From Eledone cirrhosa (Eukaryota): a stretch of DNA of 64,000 nucleotides. A program made the position numbers and the translations under genes. This document shows, piece after piece, positions 44,570 to 57,878 of this stretch; positions within the stretch are counted from its first letter, which is position 1, and each line of letters begins with the position of its first letter. The notes below the pieces were generated by a model. That model did not search any database and had not been told where the DNA came from. It saw nothing but the letters and a program-made list of their open reading frames with translations. The stretch covers positions 58,466,001 to 58,530,000 of the forward strand of contig OZ024744.1 of the NCBI GenBank assembly GCA_964016885.1. Reading direction: 5' to 3'.

Positions 44570-44875
44570 CATGAGGATTGCAGCATCTTCACAGATGATT
44601 GCCGTCTCTTATTGATTCTTCATTGTCATCCCATCTGCATCCATGACTCCTTAGATGACTTTGTAGGCCAGCTGTAGGTCTTCATGGTTTACGACACTGG
44701 TGACAGAAGAGAGTTGTGCATTCCACAGGACTGATGGTGTCACCCTGTGGAGCACAATCTTTATGTACCACCATGTGTCTTTTTAGTCCAGTACTAGTTC
44801 TACACACTTTGTTGCATATCACACACATTGTTGCACCACGTCTTTGTTGAGTGGTGTTGCAGGTGGTTATCCTTT
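44570..44875 (-). mobile_element. 3' end of an RTE-like LINE with C2H2 fingers and (TATG) tail
   Basis: CVICNKVCRTSTGLKRHMVVH and a second broken finger ending GLQSHLRSH. Confidence 0.65.
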
Positions 44876-45617
44876 CATATACATACATATGCATAGTGAT
44901 CTCAACTGGATTAGTACTGTCTCATTTCTGTGAGATTATGAAGAAAGCCCTTGACTTTCCTGATGATTTCACCACAAAATAAAACAGTAGTAGTCCTGTA
45001 AAAGCTACCTACATCTAAATGAAATATAACTAAGTACCCTCTTATTTAATATTGAGTACTTTACTTTATCTGTAGTCACCTTCCGTTATGTATGCGTTTG
45101 TCTGTGTGACTGTGTGTGCGAGCGTGTGTGCGTGTGTGTGAATGTGTACTGTACGTGTGTGTCTGTTTGAATATGTATGTGTGTGTGTTTATGTGTGTGT
45201 GTGTATATATATATGTGTGTGCGCGCGCGCGTGTGTGTGTGGAGTGAGAATATAAGTGAGAGAGAAGAAAATATTTTGGTCAGTGGAAGGTGAATTATCT
45301 ATGACCAACTTGCTAATAGCAATATACATTTGTTAGGTCTGTATATAGACAGAGTTTGCATGTATAGATGATATTAACGTGTTAGCTTACGTATTTTCAC
45401 ACGCCCAGAGCCAGGCATACATATGTAGAGGACTAACATATGCCACATTAACAGTTGAAAGGAAGCTGACAGCCCGCATATCTACACATACTCATACACA
45501 CATACACACACATATATAAACATGTATATGTATATAAACACTCATAAACATATATATATTTATATATGTGTGTGTGTGTGTGTGTGTATTTATGAGTATA
45601 TTTATATGTTTATGTAT

Positions 45618-45680
<63 letters not shown>

Positions 45681-45690
45681 ATATAGAAAT

Positions 45691-45741
45691 GGCTTCTACA
45701 GGACTAGAACTGTTTCATTCGGAGGAAATCATCAGAAAGCC
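45691..45741 (-). ncRNA. Type I hammerhead ribozyme motif
   Basis: GGCTTT-CTGATGA-TTTCCTCCGAAT-GAAA-CAG(TTCTAGTC)CTG-TA-GAAGCC. Confidence 0.75.
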
Positions 45742-45843
45742 GGAGAATCCCCATCCTTTAATCCCCCCATGCCCCCCCCCCCCCCACTACCCTTCCCTTA
45801 CCATGATAAAATGTATAAATACCAGAAATTTACATTGACAATC

Positions 45844-45894
45844 GGCTTTCTGATGATTTCCTCCGAATGAAACAGTTCTAGTCCTGTAGAATCC
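45844..45894 (+). ncRNA. Type I hammerhead ribozyme motif (inverted partner of 45691-45741)
   Basis: Same sequence with one stem I mismatch (GAATCC). Confidence 0.7.
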
Positions 45895-45975
45895 ATTTCT
45901 ATATTAAATTACTTATACTCTGCTATGTATTGAGTACCTTACTTACTGTGGTTATCCCCGATTTAACCCGGGATC

Positions 45976-46082
<107 letters not shown>

Positions 46083-46148
46083 CCGGGTTGAATCGGAGGT
46101 AACGATAGTAAGTAAGGTACTCAATACATAGCAGAGTATAAAAGTTTA

Positions 46149-46219
46149 AATATAGAAGAGCTTCCTGATGATTTCTCATGAATGAAACAGTTCTAGTCCT
46201 GTAGAAGCTCTTCTATATT
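46149..46219 (+). ncRNA. Type I hammerhead ribozyme motif with 16-bp stem I
   Basis: AATATAGAAGAGCTTC-CTGATGA-TTTCTCATGAAT-GAAA-CAG/CTG-TA-GAAGCTCTTCTATATT. Confidence 0.78.
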
Positions 46220-46462
46220 AAAACTATATGTATATGTGTGTATATATATATAAAGACTGTTACAAAGTTAAAATTAACTTGCTAGCTCACATATTTTCAC
46301 ACACAAGAACACACAAATAATACACAGGGCTACATTTGAATAGTTGAAACTGAGCTGCTAACCTGTATGTTGTTGTCATACAGGTACATACGTACGCGCT
46401 CGCGCATATGCTTACATGCATAGAGTTATACAATCTCTAAATAAGTAAAACGTAACATTCAC

Positions 46463-46606
<144 letters not shown>

Positions 46607-46750
46607 ACACGCGCGCGCGCTTGTGTGTATATATATATATAAATATATAGTCTTTCGTCTATGCAAATGAGATCAATCACCTCATTTACACAGACGAAAA
46701 AACTATATATTTTCGCCTATATAAGTCCTGCAGTTGCAAGAGCTGGAGAG

Positions 46751-46794
46751 ATCGTCCTGACGAGCACGCGTTGAGTTCGAAATGCATCGACGAT
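46751..46794 (+). ncRNA. Minimal type I hammerhead ribozyme motif
   Basis: ATCGTC-CTGACGA-GCAC/GTTC (one mismatch)-GAAA-TGCA-TC-GACGAT. Confidence 0.75.
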
Positions 46795-47044
46795 TGTCCC
46801 CCTTACTTCTGCCGGACACCGCTGGGTGGTGTTAACTGCCAGTGTCGTTTGATGTTAGAATTGAGGGCCGTAATTGGATACATATGAAGATACCTAATTG
46901 AGTGTGGCTTGAGTATCGGGGGCTTCTAATCTCTTTTGGATGTGAGGAAAACCCGTCGGATGAACTGTACCAGTAATTCACGGAGCCTTCCTTATCATAC
47001 ACTGTGTAACAATCGAATATACCTGATAATTACGTTAAAAGCAC

Positions 47045-47325
47045 AGTTACGACGATGAGCGTTTCAGTTGATCCGTGAAATTAACGTGCAAGTGGCTGAT
47101 CATTCCACAAACACACGTGTACCTTAACGTAGTTCTCAGGGAGATTCAGCATGACACAGATTGTGACAAGGCTGGCCTTTCGAATAACTGTACAACTCAT
47201 TTTTTCCAGCTGAGTGAACTAGAGCAACGGGAAATAAAGTGTCTTGCTCAAGGACACAGCGTGCCGCCAGGAATCGAATTCACAACATTACTATTGTGAG
47301 CCGAATACCCTAACCACAAAGCCAC
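47045..47325 (-). mobile_element. SINE family B (CORE-like)
   Basis: Minus strand GTGGTTAGGGTATTCGG head, GAATTCGATTCC B-box, GTGTCCTTGAGCAAGACAC core. Confidence 0.85.
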
Positions 47326-47458
47326 GTTAAAGGTACACACGTGTTAGACATATATCTAACATGTCATTTGTTAATTTGCATTTGTTAACTTGCGTGTTAA
47401 TTTTACCGAGCAAGACAATCGGAACATCGTTAAAACCGACGGAGGTTCTTTCATTTGC

Positions 47459-47490
<32 letters not shown>

Positions 47491-47951
47491 GTGTGAGTGT
47501 GTGTGTGTATATATGTGTATGTGTGTGTGTGTGTGTGTGTTGCTGTCAACATGTTTATATCTATCTACATATGTGTATCTATTTGGAATGTCTCCTGCCT
47601 AATAAAGAATGTATTTTATTCTTTTCTATACATGTTTAGACTATATTCATTTCAATAGGTGTGCAACAAAAGTTATAAAATATTTTATTTTATAGTCGCC
47701 TATTGCACATTTCTCCACTGTCTCTCCTCAGCATCACTCTCTCTTTCTTTCTTGCTTTCTTTCTTACTCTATCCCCCCTCCCCCTCCCCCCTCTCAACCA
47801 TTCTCTCTTTCAATCTCTCTCTTCTTTCTTACTTTCTTTCTTACTCTCAACCTCTCTCTCTCTCTCACTCTCTTCTTTCTTACTTTCTTTCTTACTCTCT
47901 CTCTCACGCTCTCTTGCAATCTCTCTCTCTCTCTCGCTCTCACGCTCTCTT

Positions 47952-47991
<40 letters not shown>

Positions 47992-48031
47992 GCAATCTCG
48001 CTCTCTCTCCCTCCCTCTCTCTCGCTCTCTT

Positions 48032-48092
<61 letters not shown>

Positions 48093-48398
48093 ATCTTCTC
48101 TCCCTCTTCTCTCTCAATCTTTCTCTCTCTCACACACACTCTCTCTATTTCTCTCTTTCACTTCTTTAATACAAATTTTATGGTTGAGAAATGAAATATT
48201 CTATTGAATTTTATTGAATTGTATTATATTATAATATATATATTTATATTTGTGTGTGTACATACTTATGTGTGTGTGTGGTTGGGGGGCGTGTGTGTGC
48301 GTGTGTGCATGTATGAGTGTTTTCGAATATACATATATATATATAGAAACAAACACGCGCGCGCGAGCGTACACACACACACACACACATATATGTGC

Positions 48399-48444
<46 letters not shown>

Positions 48445-48649
48445 GGAGCCTTACTGTCTGAATATAGCGAGTAAAAATAATTCCTCGCTATTTCAAGAGC
48501 AAAACACCCTTTAAAGGAGTATAGGTAATAGAAAGTCAGCAAGGGAGAGAACTAATATGGCCTCGGCTACTCCAAGTCTTTTGGAACAATATTAATCAAG
48601 CCACCTGATCAAAACTTAACTACAAGCCAATGTACATGTTGTTGGACAT

Positions 48650-48890
48650 CCGTCGATAGTAGTGTTCAGGTTTTACGAATAAACGGAATAGCCTGCTCGT
48701 AAAGTTAACATTCAAGCGGCTGTGCATTCCACAGACACGTGTACCATTAACGTAGATCTCAGCATGATTCGGCGTTACACAGTGTGTGATAACGCTAGCC
48801 CTTTGAATGACAGGTACTGCATAATATACTGGAACAACGTGAAATAAAGTATCTTGCTCAAGGACACAATGCCTGGCCGGAAATCGTAGT
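48650..48890 (-). mobile_element. SINE family B, partial
   Basis: Shared body and CTTGCTCAAGGACAC core. Confidence 0.7.
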
Positions 48891-48900
48891 CGTCAGGATG

Positions 48901-48941
<41 letters not shown>

Positions 48942-49126
48942 CCAACAGTTAAACAAGGTTCATTGATTAATCAATGAATATAGTTTTACAATAGATTAGA
49001 AGCACTCAACAAAGAAGTTTCTGGAGTTATTAATATTAATTCAAAATATTAATAAATATAGACATTCATGTGATCAGATATATTTTATATGATCACATGA
49101 ATGTCTATATTTATTAATATTTTGAA

Positions 49127-49169
<43 letters not shown>

Positions 49170-49203
49170 TTAACAAATGGAAACTATATTTATAAACCAT
49201 ATT

Positions 49204-49268
49204 TATTTCATTACAGATATTTCAAGGACACCAAAGCAAATTATGGTGCGCTTTCATCAGATAAAATA
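49204..49268 (-). ncRNA. Type I hammerhead ribozyme motif
   Basis: TATTTTAT-CTGATGA-AAG..CACCA/TGGTG..CTT-GAAA-TATCTG-TA-ATGAAATA; weak stem III. Confidence 0.65.
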
Positions 49269-49579
49269 TAATATAGATCAGTTTTATAAACAAATATTGA
49301 CATACCCTTAAAGAATGCAACCATGTCGGTTGGAAGCTCCCAGATAGTATATATATATATACACACACACACAAACACACATACACACATAGATATCTAT
49401 GTTTATGGGGTTATAAAAAAAATCACTGGTTTTCGTTAAAAAAGCAGTGAGATTCAGGTGTGGAGAGTTGAAGAATTTCACGGGTCAATAAACACATCAG
49501 ATACCTATAAAGACACCATTAAAATATGTTCTTTTATATTGCTTATAAAACAAATCTCATGTCGCCAAGGAATGTAGAA

Positions 49580-49980
49580 ATATTTGTCTCTACTTTAGGC
49601 ACAAGGTCAGCAATTATTTCAGTACATTACTGGTGCTTTATTTTATCGAACCCGTAAGGATGAAAGGCAAAGTTAACCTCGGCGGGATTTGAACTCAGAC
49701 TGGCAAGGGCCGTAACTCTATGCGTCAAATCATGGTGTCTGACGCTCTACCGATACTGCCAATGCACCGACCGCCCTTGTACACAATCCATGTAGAAATA
49801 ATTGTTTCTACTTTAGGCACAAGGCCAGCAATTACCCAGTGCATTACTGGTACTTTATTTTGTCGACCCCGTAAGGATGAAAGGCAAAGTCAACCTCGGC
49901 GGGATTTGAACTCAGATCGTAAAGGGACGTAACTATGCTGGAAAGCATGGCGTCCGACCCTCTACCGATACTGCCAATCC
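49580..49980 (-). mobile_element. Two tandem copies of SINE family A
   Basis: 49580-49765 and 49800-49980, both reverse complements of the 62050 element. Confidence 0.85.
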
Positions 49981-50304
49981 ACTGTAGAAATAATGCTGTT
50001 CTGTTAACCTTTTCATTACCATATTTCTAATTAAATGCACTGCATTTCAATTAAGTTAGGAGAATTTGGGGAGATTTGCTGAAATTATCAATTATTTCAT
50101 TACTAAGATAGTATTTGTAATAAAAGGTTCTCATATTAAATCATCTTGAACTGTTTTAATTTAAATAGGAACCTTTTAAAATGGGTGGTTTTTGTTTTTT
50201 AGCGAGATGGTAAGTTTGGGACGGGTTGGTGTCAAAAGGGTGAAATATTGTCGTTGTTTTAACTTTCATTGACCTAGTAAAGAGTTAGGTAATATGCTGA
50301 AGAA

Positions 50305-50660
50305 TTGGTTGTTGTTGTTGTTGTTGTTACTGCTGCTGCTTCTGCTGCTGTTGTTTTTTTTGTTGTTGTTGTTTTGTTTTTTGGGGGGGGGTCTTACTAC
50401 AGGCGCCTGAGTAGCGCTAGACTGGCGTGTGGGAGACGCACGACTTCATCCATGCTGGACATCAAGGCCGGACATCTCATCCAAAGATGTTCGGAGGATT
50501 CTTCTTCCTCTCCGCACAGACGGTATGTGTTGATTTCCGCTTGGCCGATCATATGGAGCCATCTCCTTAATGACGTGTGATGTCCACTGCGGAAGCGGAC
50601 GAGATGGTTCCTATCTGCTTTGGAGAGAGTTTGCTCACTCTCTTCATTTGGGTGGCGGCT
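50305..50660 (-). mobile_element. 3' end of an I/Ingi-like LINE with (AAC)n tail
   Basis: Minus translation RFRSGHHTSLRRWLHMIG...RLCGEEEESSEHLWMRCP (degenerate CCHC knuckle), stop, then AAC repeats. Confidence 0.65.
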
Positions 50661-52518
50661 AAAGACTGATTGTAGTCGTTGATGCTGGATCGATGGTGGG
50701 CGAAATTCCCGGCTGCTGTGTTTCTTCAGTCGTTACTGCTACTGTTTCTGCTGGTACTGCTACTGCTGCTGCTGTATTGAGCCCCACGATAGCTTTTGGT
50801 TGAGTAGACACATGACTAAAGTCATTCCAGCTGTGACCATCAAGTTTTTTTTGTATATCTAAGACTACATTTTCCATTGAATATGCGTGGCTTTATAGAT
50901 AGGGGGCACGATTTATTATTGTAACATTGTCAGTTTGATTTCAGGACTGTGCGGCGCATTGTGTCCTTGCGTAATACACTTTATTTCACGTTGCTCTCGT
51001 CCACCCAACTGGTGAGGACGGGGTGAGCTGTGATAGCACTGGTACCAAGCTATATCGGCCTTGGACAAATTCTGTGGCGTGGAGAGGGAAGACTGACATG
51101 CAGGGCTGACTGCTGGCCTTCTACAAAACACTCTGCTCGGATCAGTTTCATCATGGGTGCAACTCCCATGACCAGTGATGACTGAAAGGGACCTTTTCCT
51201 TAATGTATCTAACGTGTCCTCCCAACAAACCAGAGGGTGTGATTTGAAGGAGTTCTGCTCTTTTTCTAGCTGAGGTGTAATATAATTTCATGATGCCCTT
51301 GATCAAGCTCTCACCTTATTTCACCCGTTTCCTTACCCACCATCACGACTACCACCACTAACAACAACAACACTATCTCCAACACCGCTAACAACAACAC
51401 CACTATCCTCACCACCACCACTACCACTATAACCACTATAATCACGACAAACAACAACACTATCTTCTTCATCGCCATTACCACCGCCATTCTAAGCTTA
51501 TGCGGTCTTAATACAAGATGAAACTTTATTGTCTGCAATCCAATACACACAAACTATAAATACACGCAACCTATGAAAAGATTATGCCTTCTTAACCTAT
51601 ACGTAATTGATATTTTTTTTATGTTTTAGGGTTGTTTTTAAACCAACCAATATCAATGCTGTTTGGCTCCTGGTTTGGAGATTGAAGCCAATCAAATTGA
51701 TTTTGTTTTGGAAAACAAAAGCTTAATTTATTAGTTTCATGAAATATTAACAGAGATAAGTAATCACATAAAATGGAATAAAAAAAACATCCAAATATAA
51801 ATAAATGTAAGCAAAATATAATGTCATTAACTACCACGCAGTTAGTTGTCTTATTTGCAATTTATCTTGACCTTGTGTCCTTGTGCTTTACAAAACCTCT
51901 GTGATAAATAGTCTTTCAAAACAGACTGTTAATAAACCAAGAAGGTGATGTACGAAATAAAGTATGCAAAAAAAAAAAGGAAGAAAGAAAAGAAATTCAA
52001 TGATTTGGAAGTTACTCTTTAAAACCTAGAGGCAATTGTTAAACAACCCACAAAGAAAAGGGGAGATCATTTTTAAAAGAGAATTTATTTTCTTGTTTCG
52101 GAATTACACGTGTTTGGTAAAATACGTGATCTCTGACTGCGTGTTGTTGAAACCGAAGTAATTTACATCGTGGGAAGAGTTATTTTAGTCTAGTAATTCT
52201 CAGTGTGGTCGTAACAATATTTTGGTGGAGTGTGAGACTGCAGGATGGTACATATATACTATGCTTTACACTATGTTATATATTTTGTTCGATCATAGTG
52301 GGGAACACATTTTTGTGAGGGGGAGGGGGCGGGATTGAGTGTGGGATAGAAAATGCTGAGAAACACTGTTTGAGTAATTATAAAAACACAAAAACTGGTA
52401 CATTAACTTTTCCTTTACTCCTTAATAAATATTGTGTATAAGGACTGGTAACCCTTGGTGAAGCCCGTTCCTTTCCAGCCTGAACACATCCAATTTCTTC
52501 CAGAGAGGGAGAGAATGA

Positions 52519-52598
<80 letters not shown>

Positions 52599-53342
52599 AA
52601 AAGAATCAACCCCAGTATTGAATTAGTACTTTGTTATCGACCTCGAAAGGATGGAAGGCAAGCTGACCACGATAGGACTTGAACTCAGATCGCAGAGAGC
52701 GAGAGCAAGTACCACAAAGTATTCTATCCGATGTTCTATTGACTCTGTCAATTCCCTGCCACGTAATGTATATTATGACATGTTAAAACATTGACAGATC
52801 AAAATATTTTGATAGATCATAGCAAGAAATAAATGGAAGTTAATGTATCGGCTTGTGTATTCTCAACAGTTCTTGACAACAGCTTATCTTTGAAGAAAAT
52901 GAAAATATCTCGTTCGATTCACCGCATCTTTTTCGCATGTTCCGCCTGTATTGGAGTATTAGAGTTACAGTTAAAATTACAGCTCGTTAGGGTTAGGGTT
53001 CCATCATCGGCTCATACATCTCTTAAACGATCGACAAGATCCCAGACCCCATTCGCTTGCCGAGTGGGGTGGAGCTCGTCAAATCGGACCGATGTGTGTG
53101 TGTATACATAGGAACCCAGGTGCGGTATATTCTTATCTTAAATCTGTTAATTTCTATTCGAATCACGTCGGTGTGAATGATAGGTTTGTCTTCTTCACGA
53201 TGTCTTAATGTGCATATAAATCATACGTATTGTCTCAATCACATTACCATATTTTACTATTTCTATTATCTTGCAACACGTTTATTATCTTACATATGTA
53301 CGCATTCCAGAGTAAGCGTGTATAAATATACACACGCTCACA

Positions 53343-53425
<83 letters not shown>

Positions 53426-53466
53426 TAATATATAAAATCAAAAGATGGTTAAAAGAGTTCCATGTA

Positions 53467-53533
53467 TTTTATTATGCGCATTTCAAAAACAAATATCATC
53501 ATGCAATAATATTTGTGTTTTCATCAGATAAAA
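53467..53533 (-). ncRNA. Type I hammerhead ribozyme motif
   Basis: TTTTAT-CTGATGA-stem II ACAAATAT/ATATTTGT-GAAA-TGCGCA-TA-ATAAAA; palindromic stem III. Confidence 0.75.
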
Positions 53534-53590
53534 TAGGAGGACATGATATGAAGGTTAAAAAACACTTGTGAATAGTGCAGTTTTAAATCA

Positions 53591-53643
<53 letters not shown>

Positions 53644-53734
53644 GCATTATACTAATATGTCATATACCATTATTGTAAGGTGTTGACCATTATATATATA
53701 TATATTCAGACATTCACACGCACATACGTGTGTG

Positions 53735-53765
<31 letters not shown>

Positions 53766-53782
53766 CTGTGCGTGTGTGCGTG

Positions 53783-53927
<145 letters not shown>

Positions 53928-54184
53928 GTGTGTTTATCTGTCTAGATTAGTATTATTACATGTATAAGTATGTCTAATAAACATAAGCGAAGAAATATAA
54001 TTGGACAGAATCAGTTGGGTGACAAATGGCGATACCTTATCGTATTTGGTTACACTCATATCTCTTCTGACAACGCCCACACATGACCAAGTCTGTTTCT
54101 TTATTTCTTTTTAATGTGGTCTATAAAATAAGTACCCGGCAAAGAACTGGTGTTGATATATTTAAAAAAATTCCAATCCATCCC

Positions 54185-54425
54185 AATCTCAGGGTTTCAT
54201 TGGGACAGAGTTTATCTTGTCCAGGAGTGACTGTTAGTTAAGTTAAAGGTTAAAGTGTGTCACAACCCCAGGGTTTCATCAGACAGAGTTTATCTTGTCC
54301 ATAAGTGACTGTTAAGTTAGAAGTTAAAGTCTTTCCCAAGCCCAGAGTCTCATTAGGCCAGAGGTTTATCCTATCCAGAAGTGACTGTCAGTTAAGTTAA
54401 AGTCTGTTCAAAGCCCAGAGTCTCT
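54185..54425. repeat. Degenerate ~75-80 bp tandem trimer
   Basis: CAGAGTTTATCTTGTCC...GTGACTGT...GTTAAAGT repeated three times. Confidence 0.75.
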
Positions 54426-54724
54426 AACTATCGAATTGATAATGGCCTTAAGGTGATTGGATATTCTATGCATGTAATTCAAATTAATTTTTGATTTGTA
54501 ATAGAGTCTATAGAACCTTGTGTCTAATTCTTAGGTTATATCTACAAAGTTTGTCGTTATCGTCAATAGTTATTCACAGGCATATGTTTTTTAAAGAGTC
54601 TATGCATCTTCTTTTTAAATTAGGACTACTAGAGGATAAAGATGGCGTCACCTCTATATAATCCACCTCATAGGTTTCTTTTCGCTCTATTAATTTGGAT
54701 AAAATGTATAATCTCACCAGATCG

Positions 54725-55160
54725 ACCAGGTCGACCCCAGTGCATAACTGATACTTTATTTTATCAACTCCGTAAAGATGAAAGGCAAAGCTAATCTCGG
54801 CGGGATTAGAACTCAACACGTAAAAGACCGTGACTCTATCTTGCAAAGCTTAATGTCTGACGTTCTACCGATACTGCCAATCCTATCCATCAAACTCTAT
54901 CACAGTACGTCTCCCAGGAGGATAATCACTATTTTCTGTTTGGTTAATTTGGTAATCTTTATAGCTAGGATAAGAGCATTGGCAGGATCGGTAGAGGGTC
55001 GGACGCTATGCTTTGCCGTATAGAGTTACGGCCCTTTATGTTCTGAGTTCAAATCCCACCGAGGTTAACTTTGCCTTTCATCCTTACGGGTTCGATAAAA
55101 TAAAGTACCAGTAATACACTGCGATAATTGCTCGCCTTGTGCCAAAAGTAGAAACAATTA
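54725..55160. mobile_element. Divergently oriented pair of SINE family A copies
   Basis: Minus copy ~54725-54880 and plus copy ~54980-55160. Confidence 0.8.
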
Positions 55161-55662
55161 TTTAGCAGAACAGAAAATATCGAGACATAATAGTTGTTGA
55201 TATCTAGCTGTGAGAATTTATTTTTTATTTATTTATTTAACCAACAAACAATCTCATTGATCTTCCCTCACGAACTAAGCTCTACCTTATTTGTGGTGTT
55301 AATTAACCTATTAACTATTTGCTTATTCCTCTTATATTTGGCATTGGAAGGAGGCGGCTAATTAGTCTAATGGACAGGCTGTAATTGGCATCTGGTGTAT
55401 GATCCTTTTAATTAAACTTGGATGTTCTCGCTGTAAAGGGCTCAGTATGTATATATATATATATGTGTGCGTGTGTGTGGTCTGTGTGTGTATGTGTGTT
55501 TGTGTCTGTGGGTTGTGTATGTGTATATGTGTGTGTGTCTGTGAGTTGTGTGTGTGTGTGTGTGGTGCGTCTATGTTTGTGTTTATGTCCTACAATTTCG
55601 ACAAATAGACATTGATAAAGTAAGTAATAGTTTCGATATGGTTGAGTAAAATCCCTCTAACG

Positions 55663-55832
55663 CAGGGTTTTCCCAAAACCTTTTTCAAATGCGGGGTCCT
55701 TTTTGGTTCAGAAATGTTTGGGAGAACCCCAAAGTCTAATACTATTATATAGCCGTAATATAAATATACTCCTCTACCTTTTTTCACAGAACCCCAGACA
55801 CTCCTCTGCGGAACCCATTTTGGAAACCATTG
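55663..55832. mobile_element. Degenerate hAT-type MITE
   Basis: Ends CAGGGTTTTCCCAAA / TTTGGAAACCATTG; weak TSD. Confidence 0.45.
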
Positions 55833-55868
55833 CTCAAACTCAATGCTCCAATAAAAGAGTAATGATAA

Positions 55869-55911
<43 letters not shown>

Positions 55912-56049
55912 ATTTGATACAGGGCTGATTGAATAAAATGAACGTTCAATACTCTTGGCTAAGTTTCTGCTACCGTATCCGTTCCGCCGCCTGAACCCAA
56001 CAACATAGAACGCATCACAAACAGATGTGTGTTTCACCTATGTCGATTC

Positions 56050-56330
56050 CGACAACGTGTGTTCCTTCCAGTTGTTTGATCATCGGAACAGCTTGGTTAG
56101 GAAATGAACTTGCAAGTGGCTGAGCATTCTACAGACAAGTGTATCCTTAACGTAGTTCTTGGGGAGATATAGCGTGGCACAGTTTGTGACAAAGCTGGCC
56201 TTTTGAATTACGAGCAGAATTTATTTTATTTTCCAGCTGAGTGGATAGGAGAAACGTCAAAAATACAGGACAATGTCAGGAAACGAGTTCTCGACATTAC
56301 GGTAGTGAGCAGACCACCCTAACCATTGAA
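56050..56330 (-). mobile_element. SINE family B, degenerate
   Basis: GCAAGTGGCTGAGCATT...CCCTAACCA similarity to 57256-57580. Confidence 0.7.
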
Positions 56331-56581
56331 CACACACACTTTCGCCAATGAACAGATACAATACACTCTCACCATTTATAAGTATTATTTTTATGTTTTC
56401 ATATAAAAGATAAAAGAGAGGAAATCCGACGTTTAAAAGAAGCTTTTGTTTAGAACAATACAACAAAGTATTTAAAAAAAATGAACGTTGAACATGTAAG
56501 GTGGGAATCAAGATAAAAGGTTAGAGAAACGAATATACATACAATCACACAGAAACACACACGTATACATACATACATGTA

Positions 56582-57178
56582 TGGTGGCTGCCAACTCGTT
56601 TTCGAGTACGGCCACTACTTTATATCCATGTAGGAGAACCCCTACCGATGCGCTGAACGAGTGTGACTTTTTAGTCCAGCCAGCGACTTGAACACTCTGG
56701 TACAAACACTACACTTGTGACAATTATTGACACATAGTGCTGGGCTCATGGTACCATGTGACGACAAGTGCAGAGAGATCTCCAGATACAAAGCAATGCC
56801 TGAGCCGTGAAGCTTTTATAGTGAGCAAAGGCGCTGCACAAAGCCAGTCCCACTCTCTTAACCAAGATGATATTTACCAAAAAGAAGAACAAGTCAACAT
56901 CATTGGATACCATCAGAGTTACAGGTGTTATATCAGAGTTTTCCTTCTCCTAGAATTCTGCCTTGACAAAGGCTAAGGGGTCATCTCTCCCGGTGATTTT
57001 GGATGGCCATTGACTCTTAAGTGCTCCTTTGCCCTTTGACAGGTTTTGTTTTTAGTCCTGCAGGATGTCCAAAGTCACCCTCCTCACCAAGAAACCTTGG
57101 TGGGGTTGCCAGTTTAGTCGCCAACGACCCGACCACGAGACAGGTTGTACTGGGATACATGTTACCAGTAGCACCAAC
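56582..57178 (-). mobile_element. Family N1 copy
   Basis: Identity to other N1 copies. Confidence 0.85.
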
Positions 57179-57255
57179 ATACATGTATACACACATACAT
57201 ACATACATACATACATACATACATACATACATACATACATACATACATACATACA

Positions 57256-57580
57256 TGAAGGCACTCCGTCGGTTACGACGACTAGTGTTCCAGTTGATCC
57301 GGTCAACGGATCAGTCTGCTCGTGAAATTAACGTGCAAGTGGCTGAGCATTCCACAATCAGGCATACTCTCAACGTAGTTCTGAGGGAGATTCAGCGTGT
57401 CACAGAAAGTGACAAGGCTGACCCTTCGAATTACTGGTACAACTCATGTTTGCCAACTGAGTGGACTGGAGCAACGTGAAGTAAAGTATCTTGCTCAAGG
57501 ACACAACGTGTTGCCGGGAACTGAACTCATGACCTTATGATTGTAAGCCGAATACCCTAACCATAAAGTCACATGCCTTC
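57256..57580 (-). mobile_element. SINE family B (tRNA head, CORE-like body), full length
   Basis: TGGTTAGGG A-box region, GAGTTCAGTTCC B-box, GTGTCCTTGAGCAAGATAC core. Confidence 0.85.
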
Positions 57581-57671
57581 ACATACATACATACATACAT
57601 ACATACATACATACATACATACATACATACATACATACATACATACATACATACATACATACATACATACA

Positions 57672-57870
57672 TTCCCGCTTGGACTAAAGTATGACCGAAC
57701 TTGGATTTGCGGACAAAGAGCGCAGCTCCCTAATTCATAGTCTACAAATGGCTGCGATTTGCAAAACATTCTTGCGATTCAAGGGATGACAATTTCTTTT
57801 CTTTTACAACCATGCCAACAGGAAGTTGGCCGGTCAAAAAAATATACTCGAAATTAAGAGAAAGAGATAA
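57672..57870 (+). mobile_element. 3' fragment of R4-type family A
   Basis: Matches 22838-23052. Confidence 0.85.
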
Positions 57871-57878
57871 CATACATA

